Positions 38,694-47,008 of a stretch of 64,000 nt of DNA are shown piece by piece. A program made the position numbers and the translations under genes. Where the stretch lies: the IMG/VR virus record IMGVR_UViG_3300049001_000044, positions 248,001-312,000 of that record, one strand, 5' to 3'. Positions within the stretch are counted from its first letter, which is position 1, and every line of letters begins with the position of its first letter. The notes under the pieces are model-generated. The model did no database searches. It worked only from the letters and a program-made list of their open reading frames with translations, and was not told the origin of the DNA.

Positions 38694-39416
38694 TCATTCA
38701 CCTTCGTAATCGGCGCGGGTACCACTGCGCCAGCTGCTGGTGTCTACGACGAAGTATTTGTCGTCACTTGGGATGTCTTGGCCTTCATCGTCTTCGGATC
38801 CAGTCACGTAGATGAGAACCGAATCTGCATCTGGGCATTTAGCAATTTCGATGCCGTGAACGGTCTGTCCCTCAGCATCGAGGTAGTAGGTAACAGATTC
38901 AAAGCTACCCTGTTCCCAGTCAGAATTTTCAAGCATGTCCTTTTCATCTGGCTGTTCCTTGTAGAATGCATCCAGATGCTGCTGGAGATTTTTGCCCTCG
39001 TAGCTTGCACCAGCCGATTCGTTTAGGCCATCTTCAGTGAGAAGCTTCTCCATTGCGGCCTCGATGTCTTTCGCTTCATCGCCTGTCAGTTCCTTGATGA
39101 GCGTGACTTCTGCCTGGTAAACAGCTTCACCAGCCATGAGGTTGAAGTTGTCCTCATCGTCCTCGTCATGGTCACTCACCAGCTCGAAAGTAGCCCCGCC
39201 AATTGGGCGAAGGAGATGGTTGATTTCCTGCTCGATGTCTTCCCCGTGCTCGGGGAAGTCATAACGAACTCCCCACGTAATTCGATTACCTTCCACGTAA
39301 GGATCAGCCCCTTGAGCACCTCGTACGTCCAGCGTACGCTTGACCGCTTCCAAGATCAGTGCTTTGACGTCAGGCGCACCTTCTTTCAGTGCCATCAGTT
39401 CTTTGATCAGTTGCAT
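38694..39416 (-). CDS. Acidic protein with capsid-targeting-like leader
   Basis: MQLIKELMALKE|G; internal LILE|A and LNE|S. Confidence 0.75.
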   Translation of the reverse strand: MQLIKELMALKEGAPDVKALILEAVKRTLDVRGAQGADPYVEGNRITWGVRYDFPEHGEDIEQEINHLLRPIGGATFELVSDHDEDDEDNFNLMAGEAVYQAEVTLIKELTGDEAKDIEAAMEKLLTEDGLNESAGASYEGKNLQQHLDAFYKEQPDEKDMLENSDWEQGSFESVTYYLDAEGQTVHGIEIAKCPDADSVLIYVTGSEDDEGQDIPSDDKYFVVDTSSWRSGTRADYEGE

Positions 39417-39419
39417 TGG

Positions 39420-40022
39420 TTACTCCTCTTCTTCGTTGTGGAATGAATCTTCGGATGGTGGAAAGCTGAGATGCACCGCATAGCCGCCATCCTCCATACC
39501 CTCGTCATCGGGGATGCCGTCCATGAGGGATAATTCCGTGTCACCGTGCATGGCAATCATGTCATTAAACCACGAATGGAAATGTTCCATCTTAGTTTTT
39601 CCTTCTGCCTCGGTGACAGCACGGACCCACAGGTGCGCTTCACGCTCTTCAGGGTCTTCGAAGTCGATAGAGATTACTGCATCACCGGATTCATGCTCAA
39701 CGTACATATCCCCTCCAGGATGAGATTCATTCACTGACTCAGTAGTCATCGCCTCGACTTTCGTCTTGAACTTCTGCAGGCTGGTCGAATACACTGGACG
39801 ATTCTTGTCACCATCCATGTCCTCATCAATATCAGAGAGGAAGTACACCAGGTCATCTTCGATTTTCTGCACGCGGAGAATATCGCCAGCTTGATGGCCT
39901 GCGTTGATACGACCTTGGTCGTACGCGCTCGCAATGAAATTCTTGGTGACTGTATAAAGGCTACCCTCTTTGATACTCGCGCTGGCCTCAGATAGGGCCA
40001 AAAGTTGTTTCAACAGTTCCAT
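39420..40022 (-). CDS. Acidic protein with capsid-targeting-like leader
   Basis: MELLKQLLALSE|A; internal TE|SVNE|S. Confidence 0.75.
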   Translation of the reverse strand: MELLKQLLALSEASASIKEGSLYTVTKNFIASAYDQGRINAGHQAGDILRVQKIEDDLVYFLSDIDEDMDGDKNRPVYSTSLQKFKTKVEAMTTESVNESHPGGDMYVEHESGDAVISIDFEDPEEREAHLWVRAVTEAEGKTKMEHFHSWFNDMIAMHGDTELSLMDGIPDDEGMEDGGYAVHLSFPPSEDSFHNEEEE

Positions 40023-40036
40023 ACTTACTCCTGTTT

Positions 40037-40294
40037 TTAGATTGGAATTTGTAGCATCGTACCAACTTTCATCTCTTCAATGCTCAGGATAACGGTTTTC
40101 ATTCTTGTAATCTCATCTCTGTCAGACAATAATTCTTCTGCATGCGATTCAGAATTGGCAATCACTACGTAGAATTCATCATAGCCCTTATGACCAGGAT
40201 TTTTGTTATCTCTACGGAATTTAACGTAGTATGCTTTCGACGTGCCAGCTTTACGACTTGCACTTTCCCTCATAAGTTCTCTCATTAGTTCCAT
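40037..40294 (-). CDS. Small protein with capsid-targeting-like leader
   Basis: ATG 40294 with SD ggagg; MELMRELMRE|S; AT-richer than neighbours. Confidence 0.7.
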   Translation of the reverse strand: MELMRELMRESASRKAGTSKAYYVKFRRDNKNPGHKGYDEFYVVIANSESHAEELLSDRDEITRMKTVILSIEEMKVGTMLQIPI

Positions 40295-40357
40295 ATTTCC
40301 TCCAAACAACCAGTGTTAATTAAATTATACACTGACTTCAGTAGTTTTATACGTGAT

Positions 40358-40540
40358 TTAGCTCGGCATATTAGCTTTAGTCTCTTCTGAATGCTTCTTC
40401 CCCATTCTCGCGAGAGCAATATTTCTCCTGGCTTCCTCACTAATTGGCTTGCGAGGCTTCCTAGGCTTTGCGCTTCTTTCAAAGCTTTGTACGGCGCGAC
40501 TCCATGAATTAACTCCTATAGAGTCGTGCTGTTTTGTACC
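40358..40540 (-). pseudogene. Remnant of a NUMOD3-containing homing endonuclease
   Basis: Frame reads ...KPISEEARRNIALARMGKKHSEETKANM*, two NUMOD3-like units; no catalytic domain or proper start. Confidence 0.6.
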
Positions 40541-42034
40541 TCAGGCGTAAAGCTTCACCAAAGTCTCCCAATTTGCTGCACCAGAAGCCGCCAAGTTCAG
40601 TGCACGTACAAGTGTACGCAGGGAGACTTCTTCCCTACGCTTACCTTCCTTGACCGTCCCCAGAACGTTTTCACGCTGCTTCTTGGTCAGGCTGAGGCCG
40701 TCTTCCAGAGGAATCTTGTGGAGGATCTGTTCCATACGCTCCAGCAGTTCTTCTGGAGTTGGGTTGATCGAGATGACGAAAGCGCGGGTACGCAGCGCTT
40801 TGTCAGGGTCCAGCTTGTTCAGTGACAGGTTTGAAATGAAGATGATTCGGCCTTCGAAGTTGAAGTACTTCGGAATACGGTCGTCATCATCTTCAAGATT
40901 CTCCACGTCTTCAAACTCAGGGTCGATCATATTCGAAGACTTTTTGTTCCAAACCAGCTTACGAATCTTCTTGGTGTCGGTTGCAGCCTTGATCAGGTTA
41001 CGTGCGTCTTGGTCAGCGAGTGCGCCGTCCGAGTCGTCGAACAAGATGATGTCTTTGCGGTGGTGGAAGAGCAGCGAGTAGATACCGATTGCAGAAGCTG
41101 AACCAGTGTTCTTGAAGTAGCCATCACCGTCACGGAGACCTGCTTCATGCAGAGTGTCTTCAACGGTTTGGGTCTTACCAGTACCACCTTTACCTGCAAC
41201 GAACAGTGCGTTGAAGGAGCCCTTGATCAGACCTTGAGTCAGACCTTGCAGGTGTTCTAGGGAGTCAGCGAACGGGATACGGTCAGCAGGATCTTCCAGC
41301 TCTTCTTGCGAAGTTGATTGGTATGTTTCGTTGGTACCGCCAGCCGTAACTAGCAGCTCGCCGTCACCGTGCGCAAGCACTGCTGCAGCCAGTGTGTCTG
41401 TATCAACACCTGGAGCCAGCTGAATACGCTTGCCTTGCTTGACGAGCTGTTCGTCGTAGTCGCCATTTACCAGCACGTCGAAAGCTTCAACAGTGGAGAT
41501 GTGGTACTTGACGATCCAGTCAGTGCGGGTGCAGCTGGTCTTCTTGATACGGATGAGGAAGTCCTTGAGTGCAGATTCGTACGTGTACTCACCACGCTTT
41601 GCCTCAGAAAGGATGGCTTCGCTTTCAGCGACCATTGCTTTTTCTGGCTTGGCGGCGAAGACAGTGAAGGTGCCTTTCTTCGGATTAGCGACGGCGCCGG
41701 CCAGCGCGGGGAGAATCTTGACGAACGAAATGCCGTCAGTCTTCATGGTGTAGGATGGGTCCTTCTTGCCGTCGAATACGTCGATCGACATGATGGAGCT
41801 GGACTTACCAGTTTTTGGTTCCGATTCCCAGTTGAAGCGGATGCACTTGGTGCTGCCGTCAAACACGTAGCGGAGACCCCAACCAGCAGTTTTGCTGTTC
41901 TTGAAGTGTTCGACGCCGGGAACTTTGATGAGTCGTGCACCTACTGCACGCTCCAAGTAGGAGATAACTTTGGTCATCGCGGCATCGACTTTGTGGCTAC
42001 CGATTCGCGCTTCAAATAGGTCTTGTAGTTTCAT
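40541..42034 (-). CDS. AAA+ ATPase with N-terminal extension and capsid-targeting-like leader
   Basis: Walker A GKGGTGKT, Walker B ILFDDSD, sensor IFISN, ALRTRA; starts MKLQDLFE|A; late promoter at 42070. Confidence 0.8.
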   Translation of the reverse strand: MKLQDLFEARIGSHKVDAAMTKVISYLERAVGARLIKVPGVEHFKNSKTAGWGLRYVFDGSTKCIRFNWESEPKTGKSSSIMSIDVFDGKKDPSYTMKTDGISFVKILPALAGAVANPKKGTFTVFAAKPEKAMVAESEAILSEAKRGEYTYESALKDFLIRIKKTSCTRTDWIVKYHISTVEAFDVLVNGDYDEQLVKQGKRIQLAPGVDTDTLAAAVLAHGDGELLVTAGGTNETYQSTSQEELEDPADRIPFADSLEHLQGLTQGLIKGSFNALFVAGKGGTGKTQTVEDTLHEAGLRDGDGYFKNTGSASAIGIYSLLFHHRKDIILFDDSDGALADQDARNLIKAATDTKKIRKLVWNKKSSNMIDPEFEDVENLEDDDDRIPKYFNFEGRIIFISNLSLNKLDPDKALRTRAFVISINPTPEELLERMEQILHKIPLEDGLSLTKKQRENVLGTVKEGKRREEVSLRTLVRALNLAASGAANWETLVKLYA

Positions 42035-42069
42035 TTAGGATTTGTCCTAGAATAGGGTTGAACGCGTCT

Positions 42070-42075
42070 TATTTA
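42070..42075 (-). promoter_or_regulatory. T4-like late promoter core
   Basis: cataaata just after a terminator hairpin. Confidence 0.65.
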
Positions 42076-42079
42076 TGCG

Positions 42080-42104
42080 AAAAGGGAGTCATCATGACTC
42101 CCTT
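42080..42104 (-). terminator. Intrinsic terminator
   Basis: aagggagtcat/atgactccctt inverted repeat followed by a T run on the minus strand. Confidence 0.7.
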
Positions 42105-42131
42105 GCGTACGGCGTTTTGCGTGCTTAGCTG

Positions 42132-42383
42132 TTAGCTGCTCGGCGTGAACTCAACATCTTCGATAATGTCTTCGGGAGCATCTGCAAATCTAACCACCGA
42201 AATCCTTGACTTATGCATCGGAAGGATCATGACTTTGTTGTCTGGGAAGTACTCTGCAATCGATGCTTTGGCTTGCTCGATGTAACGAGTAGCAGCAGAT
42301 TGCGGCATCATCCCTAAGTCAAGCTCCACCACCAACACATCGCCCGGATTTACGGTGAGTGTCTTAATGGTGGAGTCGTCCAT
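42132..42383 (-). CDS. Hypothetical protein
   Basis: 83 aa, TAATG-coupled. Confidence 0.65.
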   Translation of the reverse strand: MDDSTIKTLTVNPGDVLVVELDLGMMPQSAATRYIEQAKASIAEYFPDNKVMILPMHKSRISVVRFADAPEDIIEDVEFTPSS

Positions 42384-42823
42384 TAGTTACCTGCGCGGTC
42401 GAAACGGCGAGTGGTAGGATCCAACATTGCTTCAGCTGGGTTGGTGAAGTCAGCACCGATCATTGCGTCGTTGACGTTACCTGCATCAGCCAGACCGCCT
42501 GCTGCAGCGCGTGCACCCTTCGGACGCTTCACTTTGACGCAGTTTGAGTGGAAGAAGTCCAGCGCGTTCATACCATTTGAGAGCTTGGACATAGCCAGCA
42601 GTTCCCACATAGAGTACTTGTCAGCGTGAGGACCAGTAACGATCTTCTTCAGACGTGCTTTGTCGATTTGGTGAAGTGGATCGATGTCGATGTAGTAGAT
42701 CGAACCATCTTTAAACTCTTTCACTAGAGCGATTTCACGAAGCAGACCGGAGTCGTCGATGTCGCACAGAAAGATGTGTGGGAGGGAAGTCGGTTTCAGA
42801 TCGATTTTGTCTTTTGCGGCCAT
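42383..42823 (-). CDS. Conserved hypothetical phage protein
   Basis: ATG 42823 with SD aaggag; TAAATA at 42912-42917. Confidence 0.7.
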   Translation of the reverse strand: MAAKDKIDLKPTSLPHIFLCDIDDSGLLREIALVKEFKDGSIYYIDIDPLHQIDKARLKKIVTGPHADKYSMWELLAMSKLSNGMNALDFFHSNCVKVKRPKGARAAAGGLADAGNVNDAMIGADFTNPAEAMLDPTTRRFDRAGN

Positions 42824-42955
42824 GGTAATGCTCCTTTGAGTATGAGGGGATAACGTGTAACGTTTTGACAACCCCAGAAATAAAAACAGGCCGTCTTGAT
42901 TGACGGCCTGGTATTTATGCTTCACTCAAAGGTGAATGTCAGGTTATCTTCCAAA

Positions 42956-42996
42956 CAAAAATGGACCAGTTCCTTTCGGATACTGGTCCATTTTTG
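42956..42996. terminator. Hairpin/terminator
   Basis: caaaaatggaccagt...actggtccatttttg 15-bp inverted repeat. Confidence 0.75.
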
Positions 42997-43008
42997 GGTG
43001 AAGCTATT

Positions 43009-43464
43009 TTATTCGAAGCGAACTCGGAAGCACGTCTTGTCCTTCAGCGAAGTGTACGCCGTGGCGATGAAGCTGGGCTTAGGTTCAGGAATTTCTTCAC
43101 CACGCTCACGAGCTTCCCACAGCTTTTGCTGCTTTGCTTCACGGCGCTTCTCCTTGAAGTAGTGGAAGCTGATCAGGCAGCCGATTGCCGTGGCAATGAG
43201 TAGCAGGCCGATGATGACCTGCGCACCGAGATGCGGATCGAGATTGAACCATAGTCCCGTGGTAACCATCGCCGCAAGGTATGCGAAGAAGTCACCAAGG
43301 AAGAACATCATCATCGTGCCGACGAACAGGAACATCAGGCCGATGATGCCACCGAAAATTGCCGATCGAACGTAGTGGCAGAAGTCCGGGCGGTACTCGT
43401 TGTACTCACCCAGCTTTGCCAACTTGTAGTGCCAGGAGTTCTTGCTGAAGTTCAGTTCTTTCAT
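43009..43464 (-). CDS. Membrane protein
   Basis: Two to three hydrophobic helices. Confidence 0.7.
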   Translation of the reverse strand: MKELNFSKNSWHYKLAKLGEYNEYRPDFCHYVRSAIFGGIIGLMFLFVGTMMMFFLGDFFAYLAAMVTTGLWFNLDPHLGAQVIIGLLLIATAIGCLISFHYFKEKRREAKQQKLWEARERGEEIPEPKPSFIATAYTSLKDKTCFRVRFE

Positions 43465-43468
43465 CGTA

Positions 43469-43639
43469 TTATCCGTAGAATTTCGGGTTGATCGCCAGTA
43501 CTTCCGGGAATTGCATCATCGATGTATCGACGCTCTTGCCACGGTGCATGTAGTGGTACATCGCACGTAGTGCCAGGTCCAGCTTGTTTGCGTCTTTCGC
43601 TTTGATCGCGTCGTCAATATTCTGTTGCAGGTCTTTCAT
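43469..43639 (-). CDS. Small hypothetical protein (not in ORF track)
   Basis: MKDLQQNIDDAIKAKDANKLDLALRAMYHY...; ATGA-coupled; fills the gap exactly. Confidence 0.6.
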   Translation of the reverse strand: MKDLQQNIDDAIKAKDANKLDLALRAMYHYMHRGKSVDTSMMQFPEVLAINPKFYG

Positions 43640-43899
43640 TCTTCGTCTTCCTCGTCAATGAATTGTTCGATGTCTTCCATGGTCAGTACCGAGATGCCCA
43701 TCGATTCAGCAGTGCATCCTGCCGGCAGGGTAATCGTGCGGTAGCTGAAGTCACCACCGGCGCAGCCGTAGTCGTCATAGTCCATGCGACCAGCATCGCT
43801 AGCTTTCTCCAGCGCGTCGATGACGGCGGGGTCCAGCACATAATCAACGTCGAAGCTGCCATCCGATTGATCGGTCAACAGTACAAAGAGAGTTACCAT
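43636..43899 (-). CDS. Small acidic protein
   Basis: 87 aa; SD aaggag. Confidence 0.7.
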   Translation of the reverse strand: MVTLFVLLTDQSDGSFDVDYVLDPAVIDALEKASDAGRMDYDDYGCAGGDFSYRTITLPAGCTAESMGISVLTMEDIEQFIDEEDEE

Positions 43900-43948
43900 T
43901 CGTCATGCTCCTTTAATTAGAGTTCATCAAGTAAGTGTTGATGATGAC

Positions 43949-43980
43949 ATTTTATACATCATCAACACTTTAAAAAACTG
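43949..43980 (-). promoter_or_regulatory. Putative phage early/middle promoter cagttttt-N18-taaaat
   Basis: -10 sits in the loop of a 14-bp inverted repeat aagtgttgatgatg/catcatcaacactt. Confidence 0.6.
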
Positions 43981-44991
43981 TTAGAACGTCAGGAGCGAAG
44001 GCTTCTTCTTTGCAAGCTGATTGCTCACGACACCATTGGGGCTCATGACCTTCTTGCCATTCGCAGAGAACATGTCAGCGAAGGTCTGAGCGTTTTCTGC
44101 GATTTGAGCCAAACCGAATTTGCCACAGAACTTGGTGAAGTGGAAGTGCGAGAACTTGCCATGATGTTCCAGCTCGTAGTCGAGGGTCTCTTTCACCAGC
44201 TGGCGGATGTCTTCTGGCTGCGCGTGCAGATCCATCAGCAGTTTGTTCTCTTCAAACAGCTCGCAGGTTTTGTAGTGAGTGACTTCACCGGTTTCAGGGT
44301 CAGTAAAATCCCACTCATGATTCAGCAGCTGAGTCAGCATGTAGTCGTCCGTCATTGCCTTCGCCAACTTCGTCTTCAGAACGCGCGGATAAGCTGTCAT
44401 GACGTTATCGCCTGGATCGCCACGGAAACATTTCTCGAACATGAAGAAGTGAGGGTCGTCGCAAGTGCGTGGCTTGCCATCGTTAGGATCGATCAACGTG
44501 AAGTTCTTGTACTTCAGGAGTTGGACGAAGTCACGGTCACCGGAGATGCCAATGATTTCGTCTGCGCCTTCCAGCAAAGATTCGTCTTCCACACCATAGC
44601 GCTCAACGAAGCCAGCGAACAGATCATCACCCTCAAGGCGAGGAGCGGAGAGGCAAGCTACTGCAGTGTGAGTGCGAGCCAGATCCTCAAAGCCCTTGAT
44701 CAGTTCGAAGAACGGTTCCATCGAAGCGTCCTTCACTCGGTTACCCTTGTACAGCTTCTTCGACTTGCACTGTGCGGACTTGGTGTATTCCTTACGCCAG
44801 TTCTGACCACCTTCGAAGGTGACGACGAGTTGATCAGGGCGATACTTCTTGTAGTACTTGTTGAGGGTATTCAACGCGATGTGCATCGCAAGACCGGCCT
44901 TCTCCTCGGGGGTACCGGCAGGGCCGTACTTGCCATGGGCTGCTGCAACTCGGAACAGAACGTTCGCGGTGTCTACAATCATTCGTTTCAT
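43981..44991 (-). CDS. rnh: RNase H / 5'-3' exonuclease (T4 rnh-like)
   Basis: IVDTAN, YKGNR, EGDDL, SGDRDFVQL, GDPGDNV. Confidence 0.9.
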   Translation of the reverse strand: MKRMIVDTANVLFRVAAAHGKYGPAGTPEEKAGLAMHIALNTLNKYYKKYRPDQLVVTFEGGQNWRKEYTKSAQCKSKKLYKGNRVKDASMEPFFELIKGFEDLARTHTAVACLSAPRLEGDDLFAGFVERYGVEDESLLEGADEIIGISGDRDFVQLLKYKNFTLIDPNDGKPRTCDDPHFFMFEKCFRGDPGDNVMTAYPRVLKTKLAKAMTDDYMLTQLLNHEWDFTDPETGEVTHYKTCELFEENKLLMDLHAQPEDIRQLVKETLDYELEHHGKFSHFHFTKFCGKFGLAQIAENAQTFADMFSANGKKVMSPNGVVSNQLAKKKPSLLTF

Positions 44992-45341
44992 TCTTCGTCT
45001 TCCTCTTGATCCAGTTTTGCTGCACGAGCTGTTGCTTTTTCCACCATGCTCTCAAGCACGTTGTAACCAACCTGACCACCGCACATGTTGATGAACTCGT
45101 GATAGAATTCTTCGCTGCATGGCTGGTCACTGACGCCCATTTCGAAGTCGTCGAATGAGTAGAATTGCAGAAATTCATTCGTGCCGAAGTAGTACTCGTC
45201 ATCTTCAGTTAGAACGTTGGCGTCGAAAGCAAGTTGAACTATCGACATGTTCTTGTTGAACTCACGCTTGTCAGCAACGAAGCAGCAGTCGACATCGAAC
45301 TCATCCGCATAGTCATGGGACATCTTTACAAAAACGTACAT
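44988..45341 (-). CDS. Acidic hypothetical protein
   Basis: Probable start ATG 45341 (SD ggag); DYADEFD and YFGTNE motifs. Confidence 0.65.
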   Translation of the reverse strand: MYVFVKMSHDYADEFDVDCCFVADKREFNKNMSIVQLAFDANVLTEDDEYYFGTNEFLQFYSFDDFEMGVSDQPCSEEFYHEFINMCGGQVGYNVLESMVEKATARAAKLDQEEDEE

Positions 45342-45342
45342 C

Positions 45343-45645
45343 TTATCTCCGGAGAATGTTTGCTTCGTTGGTGAGGTTTGGAGTTGCCGAAGGATTGATG
45401 GTGTCATCTTCTTCAAGCAGGGATTCAGGCAGCATCTGAGTCGAGAGGTAGAACATCTGCACCATCTCTTCTTCAGTCTGGCCTTCATAACCAGCAACTT
45501 TCAGGGTGTGGATGAATGCGTCGTTCCAGCTCATGGTGAACTCAAGACGTCCATCGATAGGACCAGTGGTTTCAAAACTTGCCCAGGGCTTCTTCGACTT
45601 CTTCCGAAGAAGCTCCTGTAGTTTGGACAGGAGCGACCTTTTCAT
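45343..45645 (-). CDS. Conserved hypothetical protein
   Basis: SWNDAFIHTL..GY.G.TEEEMV; in the replication operon. Confidence 0.7.
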   Translation of the reverse strand: MKRSLLSKLQELLRKKSKKPWASFETTGPIDGRLEFTMSWNDAFIHTLKVAGYEGQTEEEMVQMFYLSTQMLPESLLEEDDTINPSATPNLTNEANILRR

Positions 45646-46019
45646 TACAGACCTTTCGAGATAGAGAGACGATCGACGTTGTCGATGGCACGGGAGAGAG
45701 GAGGACCCAGCTTGCTGACTACGTGTTCAGTCAGAAGTTCGATGATGAACTGTTGCGCTAGGGAGTGGGCGATAGTGTGCTTGTCGTCGATGAAGTACTT
45801 CGCGTGCGTCTGCGACAAAACCTTCGTCACTACTTTACCACCAGCTTCGCCAGTGATGTGGACGTCATACGCACCGTTGTTAGGGGTGACCTGAACATTG
45901 AAGTCGATCTTCCAATCGACCAGCTCTTTGTTCGCTTCGGCCAGTTGCTGTTGAAGCAGCTTGATGCGGTTGGTGGCCTCAGTCATTTCAGTGAGGTTGG
46001 CTACTGCTCGTTGATCCAT
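45645..46019 (-). CDS. Hypothetical protein
   Basis: 124 aa, TAATG-coupled. Confidence 0.7.
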   Translation of the reverse strand: MDQRAVANLTEMTEATNRIKLLQQQLAEANKELVDWKIDFNVQVTPNNGAYDVHITGEAGGKVVTKVLSQTHAKYFIDDKHTIAHSLAQQFIIELLTEHVVSKLGPPLSRAIDNVDRLSISKGL

Positions 46020-46747
46020 TAATCGTCTCCGTCAATTTGAGAGAATACGTACATTGGGTGGCCATGTACGAGGAGGTTGATGGTGCCTGCGCCGCCAACG
46101 GTGAAGCTTACGCCATCGTCAGTTTGAGCAGTGCGGAAAAGAGTACTGAGAATGTCCGTGTTGTAGTAGTGGACTAGGGTCTCCAGATCATCTTCGTGGA
46201 TGTCTTCCAGCCTCTCTACTTGGTCATCCAGCTCGATGGTCATGCGGTCATTGTTGGAATCGGCAGTGTCGAAGAAGACCTTGCCGTCCTTCTTGATCGA
46301 CAAAGTGATTTGCTTTGCGCCCATTACCTTGATGGAGTTGAGGACTAGCTGGAGTTGGTCCTTCTTCACTTTGATCTTCGCGACTGGTTCGTCGTTGAGT
46401 TTCTTCGGTGCCTTGATGAGGGCAGTGGACGTGCAGCGGAATTGGATCTTACTTTTACCAGCAACGATCTCCAGCTGAACAATTTCACCACGCTCACTTT
46501 CCTTGGCATCGATCGTGACGTCAGGGTTGTTCACGAGGAGATCCAGCCGTTGGCGCAGCAGATTCAAACGGGACAGACCAATTTTCTGGCCGAAGGAAGG
46601 GATGTCGTTGTCAGAAATGAAGACGGCGTTCTTATTGTTCAAGCCGCTGGCCAGACCATTTTCGATAACGATCGCATCGATTCCGCCCAACGCAACCGTC
46701 GCCAGAAGGTTGTTCAGATTTACAGCATCAGCACGGGATAATTTCAT
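46019..46747 (-). CDS. gp45: Sliding clamp (gp45/PCNA-like)
   Basis: 242 aa, two-domain beta-rich pattern with IKAPKKL linker; next to PolB. Confidence 0.65.
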   Translation of the reverse strand: MKLSRADAVNLNNLLATVALGGIDAIVIENGLASGLNNKNAVFISDNDIPSFGQKIGLSRLNLLRQRLDLLVNNPDVTIDAKESERGEIVQLEIVAGKSKIQFRCTSTALIKAPKKLNDEPVAKIKVKKDQLQLVLNSIKVMGAKQITLSIKKDGKVFFDTADSNNDRMTIELDDQVERLEDIHEDDLETLVHYYNTDILSTLFRTAQTDDGVSFTVGGAGTINLLVHGHPMYVFSQIDGDD

Positions 46748-46968
46748 GGGTATTGGATGTAGTCGATTGATTGGATTTTCTTCTTGCGCTTCTTCGCCAG
46801 CTCTTTCTCAACAGCGTTCTTGATGAAGTACTCAGCTTGTGCTTGGCTGTCAAAGGACTGAACTTCAGAGTAGGAAGTGAAGTTGTACCAGAAGAGGAAG
46901 GTCTTGTACTGAGGGAAGTAGGTCTTGGAATCATCACCTTTCGTGATGACCTTAATACGTGTTTTCAT
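46744..46968 (-). CDS. Small hypothetical protein
   Basis: 74 aa; YFPQYK.FLFW motif. Confidence 0.65.
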   Translation of the reverse strand: MKTRIKVITKGDDSKTYFPQYKTFLFWYNFTSYSEVQSFDSQAQAEYFIKNAVEKELAKKRKKKIQSIDYIQYP

Positions 46969-47008
46969 TTAGTATTTTACCCCGCTTATTAGGCGGGGTA
47001 ATCTCGCA

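Noticed and set aside
40285-40482. 65-aa ORF from the track
   Set aside because: TTG start without SD; better explained as part of the frameshifted NUMOD3 remnant
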